Positions 41,301 to 50,704 of a stretch of 64,000 nt of DNA are shown in pieces. How positions within the stretch are numbered: the stretch's first letter is position 1; each line of letters begins with the position of its first letter. The notes beneath the pieces are model-generated. The model was not told the origin of the DNA. It saw only the letters and a list, made by a program, of their open reading frames with translations, and made no database searches. This DNA is from a virus. The DNA is taken from the IMG/VR virus record IMGVR_UViG_3300034106_005922, positions 6,496 to 70,495 of that record, one strand, 5' to 3'. Made by a program: the position numbers and the translations under genes.

Positions 41301-44300
41301 ATCTAAATTTTTAGCTCCATCTTTAAGTTGTTCATTGGTGGTTTGTATGAATTGATTTACAAAATTATTAGAAGCAATTTCATCATTTGCTCTTTGTATT
41401 GCAGATTGTAATTGTGCTTCTGTGCCAGATAATCCAGCTAATAATTCTTTTTGAACATCTTCACTTACAGACGATAAAATTCTATTGAATGCCGCAGATC
41501 TTTGACCTTGTAATTTACTTAATTCAATTGGGGTGGCTTTTATTGCTCCAGCTTCTATTCCAGCAATCTTTTCTCTTGAAGTTAAAAATCCTTGAACATC
41601 TTCAGAAAATCTTGCTACTTTATTGCCAGATTCTCTTGAATTTTTCGCAAACTCTTCTGATCTATCATTTAATTGTTTAAATGCTTTAGTCAAACCAATT
41701 GTAACGCCAATTAATCCACCAAGCGCTGCGCCCAATGGCCCAAATAAAGCTCCTGTTCCAGCGAATGCTGCTGTATCACTTAAAACTGTTGTTCCAGCTC
41801 TAGCATATCTATTATTTGGCATAAATTCTTGAGCGATTTGGCTTACGATTGGAACAGCTATACTTGCACCAATTCCTATTCCCTGTAACCTCGCAGCTGC
41901 ATCAGCTCTTCTTTCTCTTGCTGCTTCTAATCCACCTCGAGCTATTTCTGCACCTCTTCCTCCACCAGCTGCTCTAGTTTCTAATTGTTTTAGAGATTTA
42001 GATCCCGTTATTAAATTTCCACTTGCAGCGACTAATCCATCAGTTTGAATTACTAATTTTTGATAAGACTTGTCTGCGCGAGTTAATGTATTTCTTACTT
42101 TTTCTGTACTCATATCAATTAAATCAAACTCTTTAGCGAGTTTTGTTAATTCAATATTAGCTTGATCAAAAGTTAATTTTCCATTTTTAACACTTCTTGC
42201 AAGAGCTGCAAAAGCTGCATTAGCTTCTTTAGATGCTGGTAAAGCTTCTGGTCCAGCTTCAGTTTGAGTGGCTGAATATAAAGCAAAATTAGGAATTAAA
42301 CCTTTAGCTGCACCTGCTCTACGAGCATTATTTAATGAACTATATCTTGAAATTCCTTGAGATAATCCTCTTGGTTCATCTTTAGTATTATAAACTCCAA
42401 GACCACTAGGATTCATATTAGACATTAAAGAATTACTTCTTCCAACTCTTATGGAATTTGGATTTACGCCAGCTTTCTTTTCTCTATTTATTGCGTCATT
42501 TAAAGCATTTGCGAAATTAGGAACAAATCCTCCAGAAAGATATTCAGAGTATGGAAGACTTGGATCGAAATTAGAATTGTAAGCTTTTTTAATAATACTA
42601 GCAATTGCACCAGGACTGCCAGTTAATTTTGCATCTGCTTTTTGTAGTTGTTCTCCAAATTTAAATCTCTTTTTAAAATTACCTGTAGCAGGACCTGCTT
42701 CTTCGAAATCAAATGGTCTATTATCTTCATCATCAATAGATCTTATAAATTGTTTGGGAGTTTTTGTTGCGAGGGCAACTGCCGCTTCAAATATAGAACC
42801 TTCTGCGGTGGATGGTATTAATCTTTTCCCCTTTAATGCGCTTCGAACATCATTTAATGCAGCTGGAGAAGATTCCTCATCTCTCAAAACTGTACCAAGA
42901 TATTTATGAGTTAAACTTGCTATTGGATCAAGAAGAGCTTCATTTACTAAATTAGTAAATTCACTTGGTCTTTTCTCTAAATTTCCTTCAAGACTTCTAA
43001 CTTGAATATTAGAAAATGTAATACTTTTACTTGCTAATTCTGGATTATTTTTAACTGCTCCACTAAAAGCTTTTAAGTTTCCAACCTTAGTTGAAGCTGT
43101 TGCATTTTCTACTCCAGCAGATACAGAAACAACTCCTAATCTTCCTTTAGTATCATAAAAACCACTATCATATTCTTTTTGTTTTGCTGCTTTTTTCTGT
43201 GCGCTTAATTCTTTTTCTGGTTTCCAATTAGCATCTCTTGCTGCTTTTTCACTAATTGTTCCATTTGCAATTAATCTTGGAATTTGATAATTATTATAAG
43301 ATGATACATTTCCATTTTGATCTTTTATATTATAAAATGTTTTTGCAAAATTAGGAATAAGTCCAGCGCTTGCGTAAGGATTAAATCCATGTTTAGCAGA
43401 AAATGATTGTTTATAATTTTTCCCAGCTTTACTTCCTTCTGGAGGCATAATTGCTGGTTGAGAAAATCCTGGCATTCTTTTTACTGTCTCTGCTGAATTA
43501 TAAATAGTTTTTCCTACTCCAGGAATATTCATTTCTTTAATATTTCCTGGTTTATATCCTCCAGCTAATGCGCCATAAATTTCTTGCATTACAAAATTTG
43601 GAATAAATCCATCACTTCTTGTAGTAATTTGCCCACCTTTAACAGTTACTCCTCTACCGACTAATCCGCTAGTAATTGAACCAGATAAAGCCGTGGCTTG
43701 TTGTCTTAATGCATTTTGTTCTCTTAAGACCCCTAATATTCTATTTTCTACATCTAATATTGTAATTTGTTTAGAAGCTATTGCTGAAAGAAGTTGTGGT
43801 TCTTGAGAAAGAATACTCGAAATTTTTCCTTCAATAGCAGCTCTATCCGCAGCTTGCTTGCCAATACCTAGTAATGTTTTAGCTGAAGTAGCAGCAAATT
43901 TACTTAAATCTAAAAATAATTTTCCAATAACAGCTGTTATTAATAATAATCCAGGACCAGATATAAAAGTAGAAAGACCACCTAAAATTCCAGCTCCAAT
44001 TTTAGCTCCAACGCTTTCTGAATCTTGATTAGCTAATCCTTCTAATATATTATTTACATTTTTTAATGTGCCTTCGATTGCTGGTTGAAAAGCTCCTGCA
44101 CCAATTTTAGCTCCTAATTGAGTGAAGTTTGTTAGTGTTCTACTTGTTAAAGCAGATAAAGTTTCATTTAATGCTTCATTTCGTTTAATAGCTTGATCAG
44201 TTGCACCTCTTGAAGTATTTAAAGCATTATTATAAACAGAATATTCTTTACCCAAATCACCTAAAGCAGCTTTTAAAATGTTAATCTGGAAAACACCACC

Positions 44301-45227
44301 AACACTTTCTGCAACTTGTGATCTTTGAGCATCAGAAAGAGTATCAAAAGTTGATGATAATTGTCTTAAAATATCAATTGCTGGACGAGTACTACCATCT
44401 AAATTACGAACTTCTAAACCTAAATTTTGTAATTGATCTAATACTTCTGGTCTAGCAACTCTTGTAAAAATAGTCTTTAGCGAATTACCAATAACTGCGC
44501 CACCTCTAGCAGTAGTTTGCTGAACGCTTGTTACAATAGCTAACAATTCATCAAACCCAACTCCTGCGTCTTGAGCAGAACTACCAACTCGTTGAATTGC
44601 ATTGGCCAAATCAGCAGAACTAACAGCAAAAGCTGCGTCAACATTTGCTAATTTATTAATAATAGTTGTTGAATCTAACGCTGTTTGATTAAAACTATTT
44701 AATGTAGCCGTTAAAGCTTCTACGCTAGAAACAGTATCTAATCCACTTAATCTAGTTAAAATTAAAGCATCTCTTGTTCTTTTTAGTGTTTCTTCTACGC
44801 CAAGACCTTGACGAGCTAGTTCTGTTGCAGCTTCTGCAACTGATTGAAATGATTGTCCAGTATCTTTAGCTACGGTGAATAAATCTGCACCAAATTTTTC
44901 TAATCCCTTTGTTGTTGTATTTAATATAATATTAATATCAGTAAGAGATTTTTCAACATCTATTGTACTTTTAATTAAACTAACAAAAGCTTTTTCTACA
45001 GCAAAAATTGCTCCAGCACTAGCACCGAATGCAATAACACGAGCATTAGAAGCATCTAATGACTTTTGGAATTCGTTAGAAGCTCCAGTAATTCGGCCTA
45101 ATGGCTGAGTAAAGGCCTTTTCATTAAATCCTTTGAATTTAAAATCGCGAGATAAAGCACTTTGAATATCTTTTTCAAGTTGCCTTGTATCTGCACCTAC
45201 AGAAATTGTAGCTGACGTTCTTGCCAT
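38325..45227 (-). CDS. Tape measure protein
   Basis: 2300 aa; TP901-like N-terminal TMP domain (ELARQG, IGNSLKTIFTR); helical Ala/Gly-rich; position after tube and chaperones. Confidence 0.9.
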   Translation of the reverse strand: MARTSATISVGADTRQLEKDIQSALSRDFKFKGFNEKAFTQPLGRITGASNEFQKSLDASNARVIAFGASAGAIFAVEKAFVSLIKSTIDVEKSLTDINIILNTTTKGLEKFGADLFTVAKDTGQSFQSVAEAATELARQGLGVEETLKRTRDALILTRLSGLDTVSSVEALTATLNSFNQTALDSTTIINKLANVDAAFAVSSADLANAIQRVGSSAQDAGVGFDELLAIVTSVQQTTARGGAVIGNSLKTIFTRVARPEVLDQLQNLGLEVRNLDGSTRPAIDILRQLSSTFDTLSDAQRSQVAESVGGVFQINILKAALGDLGKEYSVYNNALNTSRGATDQAIKRNEALNETLSALTSRTLTNFTQLGAKIGAGAFQPAIEGTLKNVNNILEGLANQDSESVGAKIGAGILGGLSTFISGPGLLLITAVIGKLFLDLSKFAATSAKTLLGIGKQAADRAAIEGKISSILSQEPQLLSAIASKQITILDVENRILGVLREQNALRQQATALSGSITSGLVGRGVTVKGGQITTRSDGFIPNFVMQEIYGALAGGYKPGNIKEMNIPGVGKTIYNSAETVKRMPGFSQPAIMPPEGSKAGKNYKQSFSAKHGFNPYASAGLIPNFAKTFYNIKDQNGNVSSYNNYQIPRLIANGTISEKAARDANWKPEKELSAQKKAAKQKEYDSGFYDTKGRLGVVSVSAGVENATASTKVGNLKAFSGAVKNNPELASKSITFSNIQVRSLEGNLEKRPSEFTNLVNEALLDPIASLTHKYLGTVLRDEESSPAALNDVRSALKGKRLIPSTAEGSIFEAAVALATKTPKQFIRSIDDEDNRPFDFEEAGPATGNFKKRFKFGEQLQKADAKLTGSPGAIASIIKKAYNSNFDPSLPYSEYLSGGFVPNFANALNDAINREKKAGVNPNSIRVGRSNSLMSNMNPSGLGVYNTKDEPRGLSQGISRYSSLNNARRAGAAKGLIPNFALYSATQTEAGPEALPASKEANAAFAALARSVKNGKLTFDQANIELTKLAKEFDLIDMSTEKVRNTLTRADKSYQKLVIQTDGLVAASGNLITGSKSLKQLETRAAGGGRGAEIARGGLEAARERRADAAARLQGIGIGASIAVPIVSQIAQEFMPNNRYARAGTTVLSDTAAFAGTGALFGPLGAALGGLIGVTIGLTKAFKQLNDRSEEFAKNSRESGNKVARFSEDVQGFLTSREKIAGIEAGAIKATPIELSKLQGQRSAAFNRILSSVSEDVQKELLAGLSGTEAQLQSAIQRANDEIASNNFVNQFIQTTNEQLKDGAKNLDLTETLKQLGSIKTTNGEYIGDLISQQDGLLKSFDTLSVASEKYYGINDQVAKSIAEASIAADKATMSIDEFAKNDLFGFDTTSVRNAGEAPAGFGTTPYPYDPNNPPKNIYELNPEERQQRAYQMQQERLLYEKDFQVSVIESGKALKTFVLQLGDSGKLQKDKSLELANSIQAILDSDKSLEEKAKALQESFGNLRKTSEIVDQTFKKVVDAQLNYINLTTQTMKLFSEDAAQRQQAAKFIQQGDFGNVLKEFLKTNEGARFLPENVLGGTNTAAMQGILGGTADSRKRLELERKFGEVYKKGAQEIAEDGILTDRTLAELQIAIQQTSMEASMTTKNLVELGSSIGDAATRTEVLNIYTEKEAQLKKELGDNIVKLSLATSAAADRLRAIAGFQEGTIFADEYKQIMDKSRQDKIRSGQGSVTDIFGSFSDEMTYGTQDAFRDLNNIASDTARTMKSQFNEAFQSIIDGTQNVGDAFQSMALNISRRIQQLSLEMTTNAVTNSLFSSIGGLPSIFKNPLGGAGGGYVNGNRIQKFSNGGKVLGGSGTKDDVPAMLSNGEYVIKKSSVRKYGENFLHSLNSGGSVGMADGGDVIAYGGGGGRAFDLSESKTTKNISQQLDVPAIDETKLSKQEQIIAQMLRDSNKQGDGRVIDLNTKNKLESALNAIQEYQDLNITSAYSDLVSTIGGFRAELAGTYKYDNPLFPSAGEYVLDPLLSSYAILNENDPQNRNAIEKREALISYLAEGLALYDSNKKAIFDTIDANNRERARVDQLNKQNRDNFNKQQQNTLIGGALSAAGSLGAGAFNKYGAPAIRNAAYDLFGSKQVKRAIPTKETKAGDFDPYKYATYVKDGGFIHFAKGGPSGKDDIPAMLMGGEYVMRKDAVNTYGKNFFEKLNNGRIRKFADGGYVSNGNENLDQNPTTKADPSINNNISISVNMGNNGSSDSFMNPSNETTSDSAIQAKELSNKIRNEVVRVITEQQRPGGLLRK

Positions 45228-45251
45228 TCCTTATACCTTTCCTGTAATAAA

Positions 45252-45257
45252 TTACAC
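45252..45257 (-). promoter_or_regulatory. GTGTAA putative late-promoter motif
   Basis: 24 nt before TMP ATG; leader contains AAAGGTATAAGG. Confidence 0.65.
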
Positions 45258-45276
45258 GAAAATATAAGATATTTAA

Positions 45277-46281
45277 TTAAATTCCGTGGAGTTTCATGAG
45301 GTCTTCCATACTTAAAGTACCGCCTCTTTTCTTTGCTTCTTCAGTTAGACTTATAGTGTTAGATTCATCTAATCCAGCCTTTTTAAGGTCTTCTTTAGTT
45401 GCACCAATAATAGAAGTAGCCACAGTATCAGCTTTATTACTAGCGCCCTTTTCTAGCAATTCCTCTACATTTTTACTGCTCTCTAACCATTCTATTAGCT
45501 TTTCTGGGTCTTCGAAATATTCATCTGCTGGCTTATGTTTTGCATAGCTTAATTGATTTTTGAAATATTTAGCATAACCAAAAATTTCAATTTGATAAAA
45601 TGTTAAATATACAATACTTTTGCCATACATATAATAAGGATTATCATCAGATATATTAAAAAGTGTTAAATGGCTATTTAGTAAAGATATTTTCTTTAAA
45701 TTTTTATCATTATAAATTGATAGTTTATCATTATAAATTTGTACTAATTTAGTAATATCTACATTTTCAAGTTCATCAAATTCATTTTGAGAAAAGAAAT
45801 TTTCTTTTAAATCAGAGTCTTTATATAAAGATATAAACATATAGTATTCATTAATCTTTTTATTGGCATAATCTTCTGCAGTAAATCCTATTAATTCTTT
45901 TTTTTCTAAATTTAAATTTAATAGCTTTTTTTCTTCGTTGCTTATTTGTTCATTTATGGCTTTTAATTCCTGTTCTCGGAATAGCTTTAATTTTGTTTTC
46001 TTTAAACCAGTTATATATTCTTTTATTTTTTTAATTTCTTTATTTTTTTCTTCAGACCAAAGCTCTTCTTTTAATATATATGTCTCTTGATCTGCCAAAG
46101 AAGGAAGTTTATTTTTTAAAGCCTTATGGTAAAATTCTTCTTTTTTAAGGTCTACGTCTCCAGAAGATACGGAGTCCATGTGCTTAATATATATTAATTT
46201 ATCGTTTAAATATGTTTTAGAGTATCCTTTTAAAATATCTACTAAGTAAAGTCTTAATAAATTTTTATTATCAATTTGCAC
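45277..46281 (-). CDS. Putative tail assembly chaperone
   Basis: Helical protein immediately upstream of TMP. Confidence 0.45.
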   Translation of the reverse strand: MQIDNKNLLRLYLVDILKGYSKTYLNDKLIYIKHMDSVSSGDVDLKKEEFYHKALKNKLPSLADQETYILKEELWSEEKNKEIKKIKEYITGLKKTKLKLFREQELKAINEQISNEEKKLLNLNLEKKELIGFTAEDYANKKINEYYMFISLYKDSDLKENFFSQNEFDELENVDITKLVQIYNDKLSIYNDKNLKKISLLNSHLTLFNISDDNPYYMYGKSIVYLTFYQIEIFGYAKYFKNQLSYAKHKPADEYFEDPEKLIEWLESSKNVEELLEKGASNKADTVATSIIGATKEDLKKAGLDESNTISLTEEAKKRGGTLSMEDLMKLHGI

Positions 46282-47014
46282 TCTTATTTTCTTCTAAATT
46301 AAATAGCTTTTCAAATTCTTCTTGTGTCGAAGCTCTGCCCATATACCAGAAACTAATAAGAAGAACTAATTTTTGACATAACTTCTCAAAGAAAGGATCG
46401 CTTGCTTCTTCTAATCTATCATACTCTTTTAATTTATCCTCAAATGTACCATCTCCAAATACTGGTGAAAATGCACCATTGTCATTGTCTTTATAAGAAA
46501 GATTAAGAACCCAAAACATTATAGTTTTATTTCTCGCTCTATTTTCCGCTGTTTGATCAAAAAGACTAGCTTGAGCGAACTCATAATCTTGAATCTTTTC
46601 TCTAGATTCAGCTATATCTTTAATTAAATTATTATATTGAAGCTCTTCTTCTTTACTTTTTTCTTTAACAGATAATCTTTGAAATTCATTTTGCAATTGA
46701 AATAGTTTTAGATATAAACTAGTATATTGCTCTTTATCTATTTCGCTAAAAATTCCACCATCATTAGTAAATCTTTTAGCTAATAAAGCTCTTGTTAAAA
46801 GACCAGCTTTAATGCCTTCTGATAAACGAACTCCATAGAACAATTCTGCTTCATCAAATAAACCTCTGTTTGGTTTTTTGATAAAATATTTTTGAGGCAA
46901 TTCTTTTTTTACATTTTTAGATACTTGAATTTCTTCACCTTTTTCATTCTTTTCGTTAGTAGTTTCTTTTACTTCTACCTCTTTATTTATCGAAAACTCG
47001 TATAGTTTTTTCAT
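46271..47014 (-). CDS. Putative tail assembly chaperone
   Basis: Coiled-coil-rich; between tube and TMP. Confidence 0.45.
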   Translation of the reverse strand: MKKLYEFSINKEVEVKETTNEKNEKGEEIQVSKNVKKELPQKYFIKKPNRGLFDEAELFYGVRLSEGIKAGLLTRALLAKRFTNDGGIFSEIDKEQYTSLYLKLFQLQNEFQRLSVKEKSKEEELQYNNLIKDIAESREKIQDYEFAQASLFDQTAENRARNKTIMFWVLNLSYKDNDNGAFSPVFGDGTFEDKLKEYDRLEEASDPFFEKLCQKLVLLISFWYMGRASTQEEFEKLFNLEENKSAN

Positions 47015-47018
47015 ATTT

Positions 47019-47294
47019 TTAAGCTCCAGTTTGTTCTCTTTCTAGTTTTTCAAGAAAATTTTTAATTTTAGAAAAATAAACTACCCCACCAATTGTTTTA
47101 ATAAATTTATTTCTTTTTTCTTCATTCCAAGAATCGTAAAATTTTAAAAAATTAGAATTAGTCAAATTTGAATAATTTGGATTCTTTATACCAAAATCTT
47201 TTGTTAAAGACCTTTGTATAGATTGAACGGACAAATTACTTTGAATAATTTTTTCAATTGGAATAGCTTGATAAAGATTAAGTCTTTTTTTCAT
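47019..47294 (-). CDS. Hypothetical protein
   Basis: 91-aa ORF tiling the operon. Confidence 0.55.
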   Translation of the reverse strand: MKKRLNLYQAIPIEKIIQSNLSVQSIQRSLTKDFGIKNPNYSNLTNSNFLKFYDSWNEEKRNKFIKTIGGVVYFSKIKNFLEKLEREQTGA

Positions 47295-47512
47295 TTTAAA
47301 TTAATATCAATTGTATTGAAATATTCTTCTATTTCTCTTATTGCATCGTTGGCATTATCAAGGACTCTTTTACGTATTTTTGCATAAGCTTCTTCGTTAA
47401 TATTATATCCAGAATCGGATAAATCTTCAAGAATAAAAAAGAAATTTTTATAGATATTTGTTATCTTGCGCTTTATTTGAAATAAAGTTAAATCTTTAAT
47501 TTTATGCTCCAT
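47291..47512 (-). CDS. Hypothetical protein
   Basis: 73-aa ORF with own GTGTAA motif and AAGG-rich leader. Confidence 0.6.
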   Translation of the reverse strand: MEHKIKDLTLFQIKRKITNIYKNFFFILEDLSDSGYNINEEAYAKIRKRVLDNANDAIREIEEYFNTIDINLK

Positions 47513-47544
47513 ATACCTTTAACCAACCTTTACCTTGACTGTAT

Positions 47545-47550
47545 TTACAC
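47545..47550 (-). promoter_or_regulatory. GTGTAA putative late-promoter motif
   Basis: Directly after the terminator U-tract, 32 nt before ATG 47512. Confidence 0.6.
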
Positions 47551-47581
47551 AAAAAATAACCCCCGTGGAAACGGGGGTTAT
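47551..47581 (-). terminator. Rho-independent terminator after tail tube gene
   Basis: Perfect stem ATAACCCCCGT/ACGGGGGTTAT with 4-nt loop, followed by a T-run on the - strand. Confidence 0.9.
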
Positions 47582-47603
47582 CTTTATAATTTGTTCTTAA
47601 CTA

Positions 47604-48743
47604 TTAGGCTTGACCACTGATGAACAACCCGCGAACTGTATCTTGGGGTCCACCAACTTGTGCGCTAAATGTAAGAGTAACTGATTTATTACTACCGATA
47701 TCAGAACTATATTCTTGACTATCAAGTTTAGCTCCTTTAAGGGTATATTTGGCTACAACTTGATCATTATCACAAGCTGGGTTCTTGATAGATATTGATG
47801 GATCATATGTGCCAGTATCGTTACAAATTAGATCATTGATACTTCCCTCGCTCATTTCTGTTACTTGAGCGTCAACGCTTAGAGTTACAGTTAATGGGAA
47901 ATCAATTGGTCTAGAGAATGCGAATTTACTACCAAGTCTTTGAATTGGAGTACGAGCCAAATCAAAACTCAATGTATAGCTTTGAATATTCATTGTTGAG
48001 GTAGTTACTCCACCACCAGATGCTTGAGGAATTGATATAGTTATATCTCCTGGGCGCAATGCACTTACTCCACTGGCTAAACCAGTAGAAGAAGTTGTTG
48101 CTGCGGTTGGAAGAATATAATAATTCTCAATTGAACTTCCATCAGCAGGATTTACAGCTGGAATATAATTTCCAGTTGTTCCTTTTTGGAAGTTCATGTT
48201 TAAACCTTCAACATTGATTGTTGTAGTTGGGAAATTTCCAACAGAACCTTCTGTAGAATAAGAGCTTATGAAACCATTTCCAACTCCAATAACTCCGTTA
48301 TTTGCGGGAGTAGTATTATTAAAGTTTACAGCATCATTACCCTCTGGTACTGTACGGATGAAATAATTTCTTTCATCTTGTGTTCCATTTAGCAATCCAG
48401 AGATCGCAGAAACTTCATTTGTATCTCCAGATTTATTTACTGTAAATCCTAGATTTACTTCATTAACTAAATTTGCTAAAATATAACTAAAATCCAACGC
48501 AACGGTTGGATTAGTTAAAATTACTCGATCAATAGCGGCCAATTGACCGAATTGATTAACGTCTGTACGATCAACTGTGAAGCTGTAGTTAGCGGTTTGA
48601 ATTCTTTGAAGTTGATTAACTAAAGAATTTCCAGTTGGTCCAACCCAAGGGGTGTTGGCTCCAGAAGTTAAGTGAAAACCTGTAGCTGGTGATGGACCAG
48701 CATATAAAGCTTCAGATTGATAAATTATACGATTTCTTGCCAT
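47604..48743 (-). CDS. Major tail tube protein
   Basis: Beta-rich 379 aa, GGAG leader, own promoter motif and terminator, position upstream of chaperones/TMP. Confidence 0.75.
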   Translation of the reverse strand: MARNRIIYQSEALYAGPSPATGFHLTSGANTPWVGPTGNSLVNQLQRIQTANYSFTVDRTDVNQFGQLAAIDRVILTNPTVALDFSYILANLVNEVNLGFTVNKSGDTNEVSAISGLLNGTQDERNYFIRTVPEGNDAVNFNNTTPANNGVIGVGNGFISSYSTEGSVGNFPTTTINVEGLNMNFQKGTTGNYIPAVNPADGSSIENYYILPTAATTSSTGLASGVSALRPGDITISIPQASGGGVTTSTMNIQSYTLSFDLARTPIQRLGSKFAFSRPIDFPLTVTLSVDAQVTEMSEGSINDLICNDTGTYDPSISIKNPACDNDQVVAKYTLKGAKLDSQEYSSDIGSNKSVTLTFSAQVGGPQDTVRGLFISGQA

Positions 48744-48768
48744 ATTATTTGTTCTCCATTTATTGTTA

Positions 48769-48774
48769 TTACAC
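48769..48774 (-). promoter_or_regulatory. GTGTAA putative late-promoter motif
   Basis: 25 nt before tail tube ATG. Confidence 0.65.
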
Positions 48775-48800
48775 CTTATTTTATAAAATTCTCACTTTTT

Positions 48801-49664
48801 TTATAATCTAGGGTATCTATTTTGTATTAATTCAAAATCAACAAAAGCTGAATATACATTACGATTTAAAGTACTAGTGGCGTTTGATATTCTAGTATCA
48901 GACTTACTAATATTAACTTCATTAATATATACATATTCATTGTCTACGCTTTTATTTTGAGTTGCATTAATATAATTAAAACAGTCTCCAGTAACACTAT
49001 TTAATGCATCAAATGGCATATCACTTGGGTACATTAATGGCACTAATTGGCGACTTGTGTCTCTCATGATGCTTGTTACAGCATCTAAATTAAAAACTGT
49101 ATCTGATAATACGATTGCTCTTACATTACTTACTGTTTGGTCAAATCCACCAAAAGCAAGAGGCTTATTTTTGCCTCCTTGATATTTTAAATATATAACA
49201 GGATAAGTTTCTGAGCCTACTGGCAAACCCGTTGGATTTTGATATGTTTTAGGATTAATTTGGTAAGCTGTTTCAAATAAAATAGCTTCTTCTGTTTTAC
49301 TAGTTAAATACATATTAAAATCTTTAACAGCATAATTACCACTTAGAGCTACGCTAGGATTATTTATAGGTTGGCTAAAATACAACTGTCCTTCAGTAGC
49401 GTTAATTCCGCTTAATCCACTTTGACCTATTGTAATAAAATTATTATTTAAATATACCCCACTTATAATATTTGCTCCACTTATAGAGCAATCTATAATC
49501 ATTTGTTTGAACGGCGCTCCATAAGTATAATATCCATAAAACATATTAGTTAAAGGATAAAAAACACTTTGATAGTTAGTGAAAGCCTGACCCCTTGTTA
49601 TAACTGCACGATCCAACCAAAAAAGCATACTCGTCATGATAATGTTGTCAAATTGCGGTGTCAT
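48801..49664 (-). CDS. Putative tail terminator/neck protein
   Basis: Synteny (before tube); YPVIYL motif typical of tail terminators. Confidence 0.45.
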   Translation of the reverse strand: MTPQFDNIIMTSMLFWLDRAVITRGQAFTNYQSVFYPLTNMFYGYYTYGAPFKQMIIDCSISGANIISGVYLNNNFITIGQSGLSGINATEGQLYFSQPINNPSVALSGNYAVKDFNMYLTSKTEEAILFETAYQINPKTYQNPTGLPVGSETYPVIYLKYQGGKNKPLAFGGFDQTVSNVRAIVLSDTVFNLDAVTSIMRDTSRQLVPLMYPSDMPFDALNSVTGDCFNYINATQNKSVDNEYVYINEVNISKSDTRISNATSTLNRNVYSAFVDFELIQNRYPRL

Positions 49665-50254
49665 TATTTTAAATTCCTAATAAAATTACTATACATTTCT
49701 GACATATATTTTACTGTTTTAAAAGTTCCATTTCTAACTTTATTTTGAGATTGAATACCTCTTTTAGATCTACTTTTAGGAAACAATAGGCCGTATACAT
49801 AATATCCGAATCCACTAATTCCATCCTCTATTCCTTTAACCCAACTTTTTCCATTTTCAAAAGGCAATGGAGTTACAGATTTAATTTCTTCAAAAGAAGG
49901 AGTAAATACATTAAATTTTAATTCAAAAGTTTTTGAATTAAATGTTGATCTTTTATCTAAAAAAGTATTTTCTTTTATTAAATTTTTTAAATCTTCTATT
50001 GGTTTATCTCCAGCTTCAAAACCTATAAAAGCAAAAAGATTTTCTTTGCCGTCTAAAGTATAACTTATATTTTCTCCATCTGGCCCACTAGCAATCTCTT
50101 GTGAGACTGGATGATTTTCAATTTCATTTAAATATTTTTTTGTATTTTCAGTTAAGATTTCTTCAGCAAAATCTAACGCTTCTCTTTTAATAGCCCGTTC
50201 ATAAGACTTAGAAAGTTCTTGATTTAGTTGTTTTGTATTAACTTTAGAAGCCAT
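49664..50254 (-). CDS. Putative neck/tail completion protein
   Basis: Synteny; basic C-terminus; start likely ATG 50254. Confidence 0.4.
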   Translation of the reverse strand: MASKVNTKQLNQELSKSYERAIKREALDFAEEILTENTKKYLNEIENHPVSQEIASGPDGENISYTLDGKENLFAFIGFEAGDKPIEDLKNLIKENTFLDKRSTFNSKTFELKFNVFTPSFEEIKSVTPLPFENGKSWVKGIEDGISGFGYYVYGLLFPKSRSKRGIQSQNKVRNGTFKTVKYMSEMYSNFIRNLK

Positions 50255-50255
50255 A

Positions 50256-50696
50256 TTATTTTGTTTGCTCCAATCCATATACATAATAACTATTATTAAG
50301 ATATCTTTTAACAATATCTTCTGTGATAATATTCCATGTTTTTCCATCAAATTCTAAATTTAGAGTTTTACCATTAGCTATAAAATCTCTAGCTGGCTGT
50401 TTTACTTTTAACGTAACGTCTCCTTTTGCAAATATAACTTTTAAATCTGGATCCACTACATCATTATCTTTTGCATTATTATAGTATATTCTTCCACTAA
50501 AGACGCCAGTAACAGGCACATATGTAAAGTTAGTTTGATCAGAATTTTGTCCATATCCATAGATCATTGGACTAGACAACTGATTAATAACTCTTATTGG
50601 ATCTTTATTAACTATAAAAGCTCTAGAAAAATAATCAAAAAATTGATCATATTCGTTAGAAAAACTAGCGGCAACATCTGAACTTATATAGCTCAT
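50256..50696 (-). CDS. Putative head closure (stopper) protein
   Basis: Small beta-rich protein in the neck position. Confidence 0.4.
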   Translation of the reverse strand: MSYISSDVAASFSNEYDQFFDYFSRAFIVNKDPIRVINQLSSPMIYGYGQNSDQTNFTYVPVTGVFSGRIYYNNAKDNDVVDPDLKVIFAKGDVTLKVKQPARDFIANGKTLNLEFDGKTWNIITEDIVKRYLNNSYYVYGLEQTK

Positions 50697-50704
50697 AAAT
50701 TAAA

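Noticed and set aside
46261-46320. Lambda G/GT-type -1 frameshift between the two putative chaperone genes
   Set aside because: The downstream ORF is in the +1 frame, a TAG closes that frame a few codons upstream, and no slippery heptamer is visible.
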